In this document: positions 34,376 through 43,620 of the stretch, one piece after another
Layout of the letters: the number at the start of each line of letters is the position of its first letter
Position numbering within the stretch: position 1 is the stretch's first letter
Sequence record: MN850601.1
Length of the DNA: 64,000 nt
Source of the DNA: Escherichia phage inny
Direction: 5' to 3' (one strand)
Notes under the pieces: generated by a model
Databases searched by the model: none
What the model was told of the DNA's origin: nothing
Seen by the model: the letters and a program-made list of their open reading frames with translations, nothing else
Translations under genes and position numbers: made by a program

Positions 34376-37251
34376 TGTCAAGAATTAAGCACAGAATTGA
34401 CAATGTTTTTCAACTGATCGATGGACATATTCAGTTCTTAGATCGTAATACAGGTTTAACTGTAGATCCTACAGTGCAACACTATGTATTAAACCCACAA
34501 AACGTTCTAGCTAATAACAGACACTTTATAAACTGGACTGCTCAAGAAGGGCAACCAAACGGGGATGCTACAACAGAAGGTCAATCCGTGCTTATTCTTG
34601 GTTGCGCTTATGCATACCTAGCTTCCGGCGATACAAAGTATTTAGACTCTGCTAAAAAATATTGGCAAGCCTATATAGATTACTTCTTTGGTGGTCAACC
34701 TATCCCAGATCCGCCAGCAAAGTATCGCCCTAACTGGATTATTAACGGTAAAGAACCACGTCTTGCACATTATCCTCTTACAGATGATGGCTACCCTACA
34801 CACGGAGGTTTTAAGGGTAGCTTAATGACGTGGACTAACGGTAGAACAGTTATTCCTCATGGTGCTCCACATTGGGGAGAATACCTTGACAAAGCATGGT
34901 TTGCTTTTAATGGTAATCTAGGATGGAACTCTGTAAACGCTACAGTATATGCTGTTAATGCAGATGGTACAACAGATTGGTCTAAGAAGGGAGATCAATG
35001 GGATGTTGATTGGATCATTGATCGCCTAGGACGTAAAGTTGATTGGGATGGAAATATCTTAGAAGAAGGTTTTCCAACATCTCAATACGGAACAGTTCAA
35101 CTAAAAAATACTTCTGTAAATGGTACATATAAATTTAACTACGCGACTTGTAACCCTGTTGAACACGGTGGTTATTTAATGGAGCGTAACACTATGTGGC
35201 ATAACAGACCAGTTAACGTTCCGGTAGAAATGGGTTTTCAGGATAATGCGTCAGATGCTGAAACTTGGTGGTGTGATGCTAATTACCTGATGTACCAAAT
35301 TACAGGAGAAAGAAAATATTGGCTATGCTGGCAGTCTTCACTGTTAGTGTGTCAAGATTATTCAAACATTGATATGTTTGATAAATTCTTCCGTAAGTCT
35401 ACATATGCAACTATTCCGTTTACAGATGGCATCTCTTACGATTATTCGTATCCATCTACAGCAATACCTAAATATTCAAGAGATACTTTAGGTTATATTG
35501 TTATTAGACAAGATGTTGCTGCTCAAACAACATTAGAACAGCAATCCATTTGGTTTAAAGTTGATCAGAACTCTAAGTTACGAGTTCAGTTCCAAGGTGT
35601 AGATGACGCAGGACATGGTATTCTTTTCCGTCCAGAATTGGAGCTAAGTAAGACCAAAGATGAAAATAACACAGTAACTTACCGTTGTGGCTTACCATTA
35701 GGTACAGCTAATATGACAAGCATGGATATTCCATTATCCAGCTTTATGAGAAGTACCCCTCCAAATGGTGGAACATATATTATCGCAGATCCGCGAATTA
35801 TTGTTGACTGGGGTGACAATACTGTGGTACAATTTAAGTATGTAACAGGTATTACTGGAACTAATGATGACCAGATTGTTACTGCATCAATGGATACGGA
35901 TGGTGGTGTCACTGTTGGTTTTTGGTTAACCCCTACATCAAAAGCTAATGTTAAGTCTATCACATATAGAACATATGAAGATGACTTTAACATGACTATC
36001 ACGGATGCTCAAGGTTGGAGATGGTGGGCTATGCTACCTAAAACGCAAGGAGCATGGAGTACGAAGACTTTATCAGCCTCTGATTTTAAGTTAAGTGCTT
36101 ACCAGCCTAATCATCCAGAAACAGATCCTAAACCTTCAGCAATAAATCTTACTGCTGTAGATCAGGTAAATTTAGTTCTCGATACGGCTCCTGTCAATGG
36201 TTTAACAGGAACAATAGATTTCTATTGTATTAACGATGTGCCTGAAAGATATTCGTCATCTTCTGGTGATGATTATACCATGTACTTCCGTATCACTGTA
36301 CAGGCTTCAAGTCCTCATACTGCTAAGTTAGGTGATTGTACTATTATTGACTATAAGTTAAATAGTCTTAATTACACACCAGGAATAATTCCATTCTCTA
36401 ATATTAGTGACCCAAACACTGCATTGTATGATGGCTGGCGTGGTATTCCATACCCAGGATACCAATACCCTTCCTTATACTGTTTTGCAGGTAGAGATAT
36501 TGATTGGACGCGTTTAAATAACAGTATCAATTTCTTGTATGATTCTCAAATGTGGTTTTATAACACATTCGATCCTGTGATGCCTGGGCCTATGGCACAA
36601 GCGTATGTGTGGGATCGTTGGGATGCAAGAAAATACGGTGAACCAAATACGTTCACAATGAAACACTGGAATGAAAAAGCGTGGGATGGTTATGAAGCTC
36701 GTGCATTCTACTGTGCTTGTCATGCTGTATACGAACTTGTACAAAGAGGAGAAACACCTCCTGAAAAACTAGTAACAGTTTGTAAAAATTGGATCAACTA
36801 TCTTAAATGGTTCCAAGACAATAATGATGGAAGAACACCAACTATCTTTAACCCAGATGGTACAGTTCTTGCGCCTATAGATGACTTTACTAGTCATATG
36901 TCTGCACTGTTTATGGCGGGTTGTTCAATCATGGGCTTGGCAGGTTATGATTCACAAATTCCAAACATTGGTATTGTAGCAGACAGATGTTTTGATCTGA
37001 TTCAGCAAAACTATATTGTGCTTTCCCCTAACCATCCGATGAATGGTTCCTGGAGTGTTGCACCACGCCCAGATTCAGATAACGGAATGTTCTTTGGTTT
37101 CCATGCTGGAGAACTATTACGTGGTTTTGGTTTATATGCCTTGTATCGTAAACTAAACCCTCAAAACGCTTTACCAATTTTGGATAATAGTAACATACCA
37201 ACACTAACTGTTCTAACTATGAATGATATTAGTGTTGATGTAACCAAATAA
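34375..37251 (+). CDS. large tail/baseplate structural protein (958 aa)
   Basis: ORF track; Trp/Tyr/Asn-rich composition typical of carbohydrate-interacting tail proteins. Confidence 0.5.
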   Translation: MSRIKHRIDNVFQLIDGHIQFLDRNTGLTVDPTVQHYVLNPQNVLANNRHFINWTAQEGQPNGDATTEGQSVLILGCAYAYLASGDTKYLDSAKKYWQAYIDYFFGGQPIPDPPAKYRPNWIINGKEPRLAHYPLTDDGYPTHGGFKGSLMTWTNGRTVIPHGAPHWGEYLDKAWFAFNGNLGWNSVNATVYAVNADGTTDWSKKGDQWDVDWIIDRLGRKVDWDGNILEEGFPTSQYGTVQLKNTSVNGTYKFNYATCNPVEHGGYLMERNTMWHNRPVNVPVEMGFQDNASDAETWWCDANYLMYQITGERKYWLCWQSSLLVCQDYSNIDMFDKFFRKSTYATIPFTDGISYDYSYPSTAIPKYSRDTLGYIVIRQDVAAQTTLEQQSIWFKVDQNSKLRVQFQGVDDAGHGILFRPELELSKTKDENNTVTYRCGLPLGTANMTSMDIPLSSFMRSTPPNGGTYIIADPRIIVDWGDNTVVQFKYVTGITGTNDDQIVTASMDTDGGVTVGFWLTPTSKANVKSITYRTYEDDFNMTITDAQGWRWWAMLPKTQGAWSTKTLSASDFKLSAYQPNHPETDPKPSAINLTAVDQVNLVLDTAPVNGLTGTIDFYCINDVPERYSSSSGDDYTMYFRITVQASSPHTAKLGDCTIIDYKLNSLNYTPGIIPFSNISDPNTALYDGWRGIPYPGYQYPSLYCFAGRDIDWTRLNNSINFLYDSQMWFYNTFDPVMPGPMAQAYVWDRWDARKYGEPNTFTMKHWNEKAWDGYEARAFYCACHAVYELVQRGETPPEKLVTVCKNWINYLKWFQDNNDGRTPTIFNPDGTVLAPIDDFTSHMSALFMAGCSIMGLAGYDSQIPNIGIVADRCFDLIQQNYIVLSPNHPMNGSWSVAPRPDSDNGMFFGFHAGELLRGFGLYALYRKLNPQNALPILDNSNIPTLTVLTMNDISVDVTK

Positions 37252-37259
37252 GGAAAATA

Positions 37260-39335
37260 ATGAAACAGGCTATTTTTACTGTAACTCGAAATACGAGAGT
37301 AAATGCCAGTTCATTCAGCTATAAGACCGTCGATGGAACGGCGGTCGCTGGTAGAGATTATGTAGCTAAACAGGGAACAGTAACGTTCCCTTCTGATGCA
37401 GATTCTGTTACTGTAGTAGTTGATGTATATGAACGTCCGGCAAACTCTTTAGATCTTTATTTTACTCTTGAGATTACTAGCATAAGTCAAAATAACATGA
37501 TGATCAATGAAGAAATTCGTTGTGTTATTACGACTAATCAATCGAATACAACCCCGCTAACTTGGCCTGTTGTGAAGTCTAGAATGTTTGATCCTAAGTT
37601 TTGGACAATAGATTCTCAAGCAACAGAGAGTTGTTCTATTATCTCTAATGGTGATTCTTTCACAGCAAGAATGGTTAATAGGACAGTGGCTGGTCTTGCT
37701 GGGATTATTTGGTCAACTTACGATAAATATGATCACAAAGGATTAGGCTACCAAGAACATTCTGACTTAAGTAAAGAGAAACTTTGGTTTAAAATGGAAC
37801 TTAGTCAAGGTGTTCCTGGATTAAAAGAAGAAAAATTATTGCCATCCTTAACAGTGACACTGAAGGATGAAACAGTTCATTATGTATCTCTAAACTTTTA
37901 TGCAGAAGAAGTTTCAGAGGACGGTAAAACAGCAATAATCAAATTAGATTTCTCAAATTTAAAATCTGGGCCAGAAAATGATATTGTTGTTGACACTACA
38001 CAGATAGATAACATGTTCTTCTCCTTGATTTCCGCAAGGTATCAAGAAATTGAAGATGTTATACCAGTAGACAATATAGATCTTTCCTTTAAGTTTACCA
38101 TACTAGAGCCTGATACTGGTTACAGTATGATGAATATGGGTAATTTAAATGTTCCGGCGCACACCATAAGAATGTGTACATCTTATGATGATATGTATAA
38201 CCTAACCCCAGAGCGAGTTATTTCTAACACCTATAGATTAGGTTATAGAGATATGATTAACCATTATAATGGTATGTCACACTATTATCAATTTAGTTGG
38301 GATGCTGGATCTAATAAATGGGCTTTGAACAGAACAGAATATTTAAACCCAGCAACAGAAGCCTGGTTTGATAATTTCCACGCTAATGCAAAAGCTATGG
38401 GCTACACAGTAATGAACTCCTTAAGTTTTGAAATTATGAGTACAGTGTGTCCTGTAGAATGGGTACAACATACTTGGAATGATGATCTGGCTGCTACAGG
38501 TTATGAGCCACCAAGTTATGTTTTATCTCCTTCAATTGATGAAGGGATGAATTATTTACAAGGTGTAATAAATAAGATAGCTTCTATATCCGCTGCTAAT
38601 GATCTTCCGGTTATTATTCAGGTTGGTGAACCGTGGTGGTGGTATAACACAGCTACCAATCTACCGTGTATTTATGATTATGCAACCAAAGTTGCATTTA
38701 ATAATGAAACTGGGTTATATGCACAAGATGTTGGTACAGTTAAGAATTATAAAACTGGTACACCATATGATGAATATTATGCATTCCTATCTAAAACATT
38801 AGGACTGCGTGTTGCTAAATTTGCAACAGATACTAAATTAGCCTATCCTGGAGCTAAAGTTACATTATTACCATTTGTGCCATCCATTTTAGGTAATGGT
38901 ATGATGGAGTTTGTTAACTTCCCTAAAGATTATTATATCCCAGAAAACTTTGACTTTTATTGTTCAGAATGTTATGACTGGTTGTTGGAAGGTCAGATGG
39001 AAAGATCTTTCGACGCTATTAAAATACCTAATGAGCAACTAGGTTTTAGTTATGATAAGATACATTATCTTGCAGGGTTTGTTCCAGATGCAACTCTAGC
39101 ACCATTATATGGCTTTGATCCTGAATCAGACTACAGAACATATTTGTGGAAAATGATTATAGGTAATATCGTATTGAACGACCAGAAGTTTGTTGGTTTG
39201 TATCAATACATATGGGCTTATCCACAAATTATGGCAGATTCATTAACTGTTCTTAATTCAAAATCCCAAGTTTTTTATATGGGTAACGTACCTCTGAATG
39301 TCTTTTTACAAGATACAGTATATGTTTCTTCTTAA
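37260..39335 (+). CDS. tail/baseplate structural protein (691 aa)
   Basis: ORF track. Confidence 0.5.
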   Translation: MKQAIFTVTRNTRVNASSFSYKTVDGTAVAGRDYVAKQGTVTFPSDADSVTVVVDVYERPANSLDLYFTLEITSISQNNMMINEEIRCVITTNQSNTTPLTWPVVKSRMFDPKFWTIDSQATESCSIISNGDSFTARMVNRTVAGLAGIIWSTYDKYDHKGLGYQEHSDLSKEKLWFKMELSQGVPGLKEEKLLPSLTVTLKDETVHYVSLNFYAEEVSEDGKTAIIKLDFSNLKSGPENDIVVDTTQIDNMFFSLISARYQEIEDVIPVDNIDLSFKFTILEPDTGYSMMNMGNLNVPAHTIRMCTSYDDMYNLTPERVISNTYRLGYRDMINHYNGMSHYYQFSWDAGSNKWALNRTEYLNPATEAWFDNFHANAKAMGYTVMNSLSFEIMSTVCPVEWVQHTWNDDLAATGYEPPSYVLSPSIDEGMNYLQGVINKIASISAANDLPVIIQVGEPWWWYNTATNLPCIYDYATKVAFNNETGLYAQDVGTVKNYKTGTPYDEYYAFLSKTLGLRVAKFATDTKLAYPGAKVTLLPFVPSILGNGMMEFVNFPKDYYIPENFDFYCSECYDWLLEGQMERSFDAIKIPNEQLGFSYDKIHYLAGFVPDATLAPLYGFDPESDYRTYLWKMIIGNIVLNDQKFVGLYQYIWAYPQIMADSLTVLNSKSQVFYMGNVPLNVFLQDTVYVSS

Positions 39336-39346
39336 GGATCTCTAGT

Positions 39347-39592
39347 ATGAGAAAATTTTTAATAGGTATGTTTTGTACATATCCTGATAATAAAGTCAGT
39401 TCTACTAAAGTTTGGAATGCTATTGGTATGATTGTTATGTCCAGTATGTTTATTTATTTGGGAATTGATAAAGAAATTCCTGAGTGGATGGGCTGGGCTT
39501 TTGTTTTTATGATCACACCATCCAGACTAATGAAGAATTTAATAGATTTACGTTGGGGCAGATCACCTGCCCCTGATAAGGAGGATAACTAA
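39347..39592 (+). CDS. small membrane protein (81 aa)
   Basis: ORF track; hydrophobic segments VWNAIGMIVMSSMFIYLGI and WMGWAFVFMITP. Confidence 0.45.
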   Translation: MRKFLIGMFCTYPDNKVSSTKVWNAIGMIVMSSMFIYLGIDKEIPEWMGWAFVFMITPSRLMKNLIDLRWGRSPAPDKEDN

Positions 39593-41079
39593 TGGCAGAT
39601 TATGGTTTAACAGATGCTGGTTTTGTCATTCCAACGTTTGATGATATTTTAAATAATTATATGACAGCATTGAAAAACACTTTTGGTGCAGATACAGCTA
39701 CATCTGAAGATACTGTCTTTGGTCAACTGTTTCGTATTATTGCATATACAGATTACACCCTTTGGGAAGGTATGCAAGGTGTTTACAATACCCAAACCTT
39801 AGATGGTGCAGAAGGTATTTACCTTGATGAAATTTTCTCTAAGAGAGGTTTTTATCGTAAGGCAGCTTCTGCTGGTAGTGGTTATGCTTATGTTAAATCT
39901 AACAATAAGGCAGCTTGGACTTATGAACTAAGCACCGATGTTTATTTTAATGCCGATAACGATTTGACATATTATGTCAGTGCACCAACAATGTTGAATG
40001 CTAAGATTGGAGCATATACCATTTCTAAAGCAAACGCAACAGCTTCTGGTGAAACTTCTATTACTTTCTACATTCAAAGTGCTATTGACGGTGGTCTTAA
40101 CAGTAAAACACTAAGTCCTAGCAATACAAACTTTATTTTAGATCTCACGAATTTCATTAAAGCTAACGTATCAACAACAGATCGTGCTTTAGTATGGAAT
40201 GATGCTAGTAATGTTTACATGGGTTATAATCCAGAAGATAATGTTAACCCAATAGGTCTAGTAACACCAGTGAAATTTTACGCATCTATTGCAATTGGTA
40301 CAAAATGGAGTGAAATTCCAGTTACGTGTTCAGACGTTGGTTATAATCCAGTAGGTACAGAAAGTATTACAGGTATTTCTTCAACGTTTACAGGCTTTTT
40401 AGATACAGGTAACTTCTACCCATTCTCTCCAGGTACGGATGTTGAAACAGATGCAGAATTCCGTTCTCGTTTCAATGATAATATGGATGAAGCTAATGCT
40501 GCTACTCGTGCTGCTATTGTTAAAGCTCTGCTACTGACAGATGGTGTGACAAAGGTTAAGATTTATGATAACCCTACATTACATGATCAGGAACATGCTC
40601 CAGCTATGACATTCCAGACTATTGTGTATGGCGGTACAGCAGAAGAAGTTGCACAGGTTATTTATAATACTAAGCCTATTAACACCTTAACCTATGGTAC
40701 AACAGCAATTACTATTATAACAGAAGACGGCGGTCAAGAAGTAATTCGTTTTTCTCCTGGTGACAATGCTGAATATTCACTTAGACTAGTATATCAAACT
40801 GGCAATGGTAGTGTGTTAAGTACAACAGAAAGAGAAAATATTGTTTCTGCTCTTTCAAATCTACAGGCTTATTTTGAGCTAGGGTCAACAGTAACTAACG
40901 ATCAGATAAAAGGTGTAATTTATTCTGCACTTGCGTTCGGACGCTTGACTTCTCTCCGTGTTTATGTTAAACTTAATACTGAGGATGACAGTAAATATAA
41001 TGAGGGAGATATCACTCCAGCGTACAATGTTGTACCATCCTTTGACCTTGATAATATTTCCTACGAGTACGGAGTCTAA
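39592..41079 (+). CDS. putative baseplate wedge protein (495 aa)
   Basis: ORF track; AGGAGG SD; tail module. Confidence 0.4.
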   Translation: MADYGLTDAGFVIPTFDDILNNYMTALKNTFGADTATSEDTVFGQLFRIIAYTDYTLWEGMQGVYNTQTLDGAEGIYLDEIFSKRGFYRKAASAGSGYAYVKSNNKAAWTYELSTDVYFNADNDLTYYVSAPTMLNAKIGAYTISKANATASGETSITFYIQSAIDGGLNSKTLSPSNTNFILDLTNFIKANVSTTDRALVWNDASNVYMGYNPEDNVNPIGLVTPVKFYASIAIGTKWSEIPVTCSDVGYNPVGTESITGISSTFTGFLDTGNFYPFSPGTDVETDAEFRSRFNDNMDEANAATRAAIVKALLLTDGVTKVKIYDNPTLHDQEHAPAMTFQTIVYGGTAEEVAQVIYNTKPINTLTYGTTAITIITEDGGQEVIRFSPGDNAEYSLRLVYQTGNGSVLSTTERENIVSALSNLQAYFELGSTVTNDQIKGVIYSALAFGRLTSLRVYVKLNTEDDSKYNEGDITPAYNVVPSFDLDNISYEYGV

Positions 41080-41081
41080 AA

Positions 41082-41711
41082 ATGGCAGTGAGTGTTGACC
41101 ATGTGACAACGTGGGATAGTATCAATGAAGATGTTAAAGACCTACTGATTGAAGATTTTAAATCTTCTCCGAACATTGTCAAACTACTCTATATCATTTC
41201 TAGCGAAAAACAAAAGATAGATCAGGCAATGATCTATCTTGCCAAACACCGCTTGATCTCTACTGCAACTGGTAAGTATTTAGATCTTATTGGTGAAGAG
41301 ATGGGGATGGAAAGAAATGGTGCTACAGATGAAGAGTATCGTACAATATTAAAAATCAGGGCTTATCGTGTTGCGTCTTCTGGTACGCGAGATGATATCA
41401 TTGATATGTTCGCTCGTTTTACAGGAACAGAAAAAGAAACGATCAATACATACGTTGGATTAAATAAAACATTCGACGTATTCTTTTATAATTTGTGTCT
41501 ACAATCCGATCAGGCAGTAGCACAGTTACTTAACGTTTTCCCGATCCTAAGTAGTTATCGCTTAGGTGCGAAAGCGGGTTCAGCCTTTGGTTTCACTTCC
41601 TATTATGCCACAACTCCACCTCATGGCATAGGTGGTTTAGGTTCTCTTTACACAGAGGCTGAAGGAGATGATACAGGGCGAATGACTATGCTGATAGCTC
41701 AAATAGAATAA
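41082..41711 (+). CDS. putative baseplate/tail protein (209 aa)
   Basis: ORF track. Confidence 0.4.
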   Translation: MAVSVDHVTTWDSINEDVKDLLIEDFKSSPNIVKLLYIISSEKQKIDQAMIYLAKHRLISTATGKYLDLIGEEMGMERNGATDEEYRTILKIRAYRVASSGTRDDIIDMFARFTGTEKETINTYVGLNKTFDVFFYNLCLQSDQAVAQLLNVFPILSSYRLGAKAGSAFGFTSYYATTPPHGIGGLGSLYTEAEGDDTGRMTMLIAQIE

Positions 41712-41724
41712 GGAGTTACCCTTA

Positions 41725-42705
41725 ATGGCAAAGCCACAATACTACCCTGACTGGGCGACACAAACAGTAACCCTCCCAGGAACGGGAAACACAAACAAGA
41801 TTAGACCAAAAGAAACCATCCGTAATGTTGGTATGGACTTTGGTCAGATTATGACTTGTGAAGAAATGAACTGGATCTTAAACAATATTGGGTCTTGGAT
41901 TCGCTATATGCAAGATGAATTCTTCCCAACATTGCCTACTACATATCTTCCTATAGTCGGTACTAAAATTACAATGGCAGGTGATGCTACAGGTGAAGTT
42001 ACATGGAATGGTAATGCTGCTGTAACATTATCTATTCAAGTAGTAGATAACAGTCATAATCACTTATCAGCTAACATTACAGACGCAACATCGAACCAAG
42101 TTGTAGGAAATGTCCTTGTTAAGCGTGATAATGGTGGTGCTATCTATGCAGGTGATATTTACACTTGTGGTACAGGTGCTACAGATCCTGCAACATTATT
42201 TTTTAGAAACTATAATGGACAAACAGTAGGCAATATGTCTTCTGAACCAGGTGCAGGTGGTCAACTCTATATTTATAGAATAAATCCATCTACTGGAGGA
42301 ACATCTTGTGGAGTCCGTTTGTATGATGCAGGTTATGTTTTAATAGACAATCCTCGTTCTAATTCTGGTCAAGATACTGGCAATGGTAATGCTCTTGTAA
42401 GATTAGATTATCTTAACTCAAGACTAAACTCATTGCAAAGTACACTGCAAAATAATATTAACAACGTTAATAGCAACTTGCAAGGCCAAATTAATAACAT
42501 TAACAACAGAGTTTCTTCTGTTGTGTCTTCTATCCGTCTAGGTACACGTATTAAAGCTGGTGTATCTGAATCTCCTTTCTATGCTGGTCACGTGATCACA
42601 GGTTGGGGTTTTGGTGATAAGAAAGAACTTCGTGGTGCTTGGTATTGGTCTGCTCCGCTACAATATTACATTAATGGTAGCTGGATAACAGTAACCAACG
42701 TTTAG
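41725..42705 (+). CDS. putative tail fibre protein with Asn-rich coiled coil (326 aa)
   Basis: ORF track; NSRLNSLQSTLQNNINNVNSNLQGQINNINNRVSSV heptad segment. Confidence 0.45.
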   Translation: MAKPQYYPDWATQTVTLPGTGNTNKIRPKETIRNVGMDFGQIMTCEEMNWILNNIGSWIRYMQDEFFPTLPTTYLPIVGTKITMAGDATGEVTWNGNAAVTLSIQVVDNSHNHLSANITDATSNQVVGNVLVKRDNGGAIYAGDIYTCGTGATDPATLFFRNYNGQTVGNMSSEPGAGGQLYIYRINPSTGGTSCGVRLYDAGYVLIDNPRSNSGQDTGNGNALVRLDYLNSRLNSLQSTLQNNINNVNSNLQGQINNINNRVSSVVSSIRLGTRIKAGVSESPFYAGHVITGWGFGDKKELRGAWYWSAPLQYYINGSWITVTNV

Positions 42706-42717
42706 TAAGGAGAACAC

Positions 42718-43269
42718 ATGAAAAAAGATGTTATTTACACTGGCTTTGAACTATATCAACCAGAATTGACAGAAGAAAATGTCATCTATCTTTCAATAGG
42801 TGCTGGTTTTCTTAAAGATAAAGATGGTAATGATTGGTACGAAATTCAGAAATATTTATCCAAAAATTACCCTGATGCCTATTTCTTAACTCTAGATCAC
42901 AACAATGTAGTTGTTGCAGCTACGAAAGATGTTTCTACATATTTTCCCGCTGGTCTTACTGTTCTTGTAACATACAATGTTCCAGATAAAATAGAAGAAG
43001 AAAGCAACCTAGGGTCGTGGAGATATGACAATGGTAAGTTTATTTCTCATAATGGGTTTGCAATAGAAGATGCCAACCTTAAAATGGAAAAAGAATTAAC
43101 TTGGGCCACAAATCAAATATCTGCAATTCAAGATTTAGAGGAATTACAAGGTTTATCTGAAGAACAAAAAGATTGGTTAGGAAAAGTTAAACTCTATCGT
43201 GCAACATTAATTCAAATTAACGTTGAAGATGCACCTAATATAACTTGGCCTACAAGACCTAAGAAATAG
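42718..43269 (+). CDS. hypothetical tail-associated protein (183 aa)
   Basis: ORF track. Confidence 0.4.
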   Translation: MKKDVIYTGFELYQPELTEENVIYLSIGAGFLKDKDGNDWYEIQKYLSKNYPDAYFLTLDHNNVVVAATKDVSTYFPAGLTVLVTYNVPDKIEEESNLGSWRYDNGKFISHNGFAIEDANLKMEKELTWATNQISAIQDLEELQGLSEEQKDWLGKVKLYRATLIQINVEDAPNITWPTRPKK

Positions 43270-43278
43270 GGGCAATGT

Positions 43279-43620
43279 ATGGAGCTAACAGAAGTATGGG
43301 ATATCGCTAAAGAGGCGATTATCCCTCTTATTGGCGTAATCTGGGTGGTCTTCAAACAGAAGATAGATGATATGGCAAGTGATTTGGATAAAATGGAAGA
43401 CAAATACCGCGAACTAGAAAAGAAGTTGGTGTTTGTTGAATCCACTTATGCTACCAAAGCAGAACTTGCTCAAATGCTTAACCAGATCAACTCTACATTA
43501 ATGGCAAATAATACTGCCTTAGAACAGAAGATTGAAAAAATAATGGATTTAAAAAATGCTCCTGTTCAATTAATGCTAGAGGAGATTACAAAGCGCACAC
43601 AAAGTAAGGACAAAAATTAA
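43279..43620 (+). CDS. hypothetical coiled-coil protein (113 aa)
   Basis: ORF track. Confidence 0.4.
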   Translation: MELTEVWDIAKEAIIPLIGVIWVVFKQKIDDMASDLDKMEDKYRELEKKLVFVESTYATKAELAQMLNQINSTLMANNTALEQKIEKIMDLKNAPVQLMLEEITKRTQSKDKN

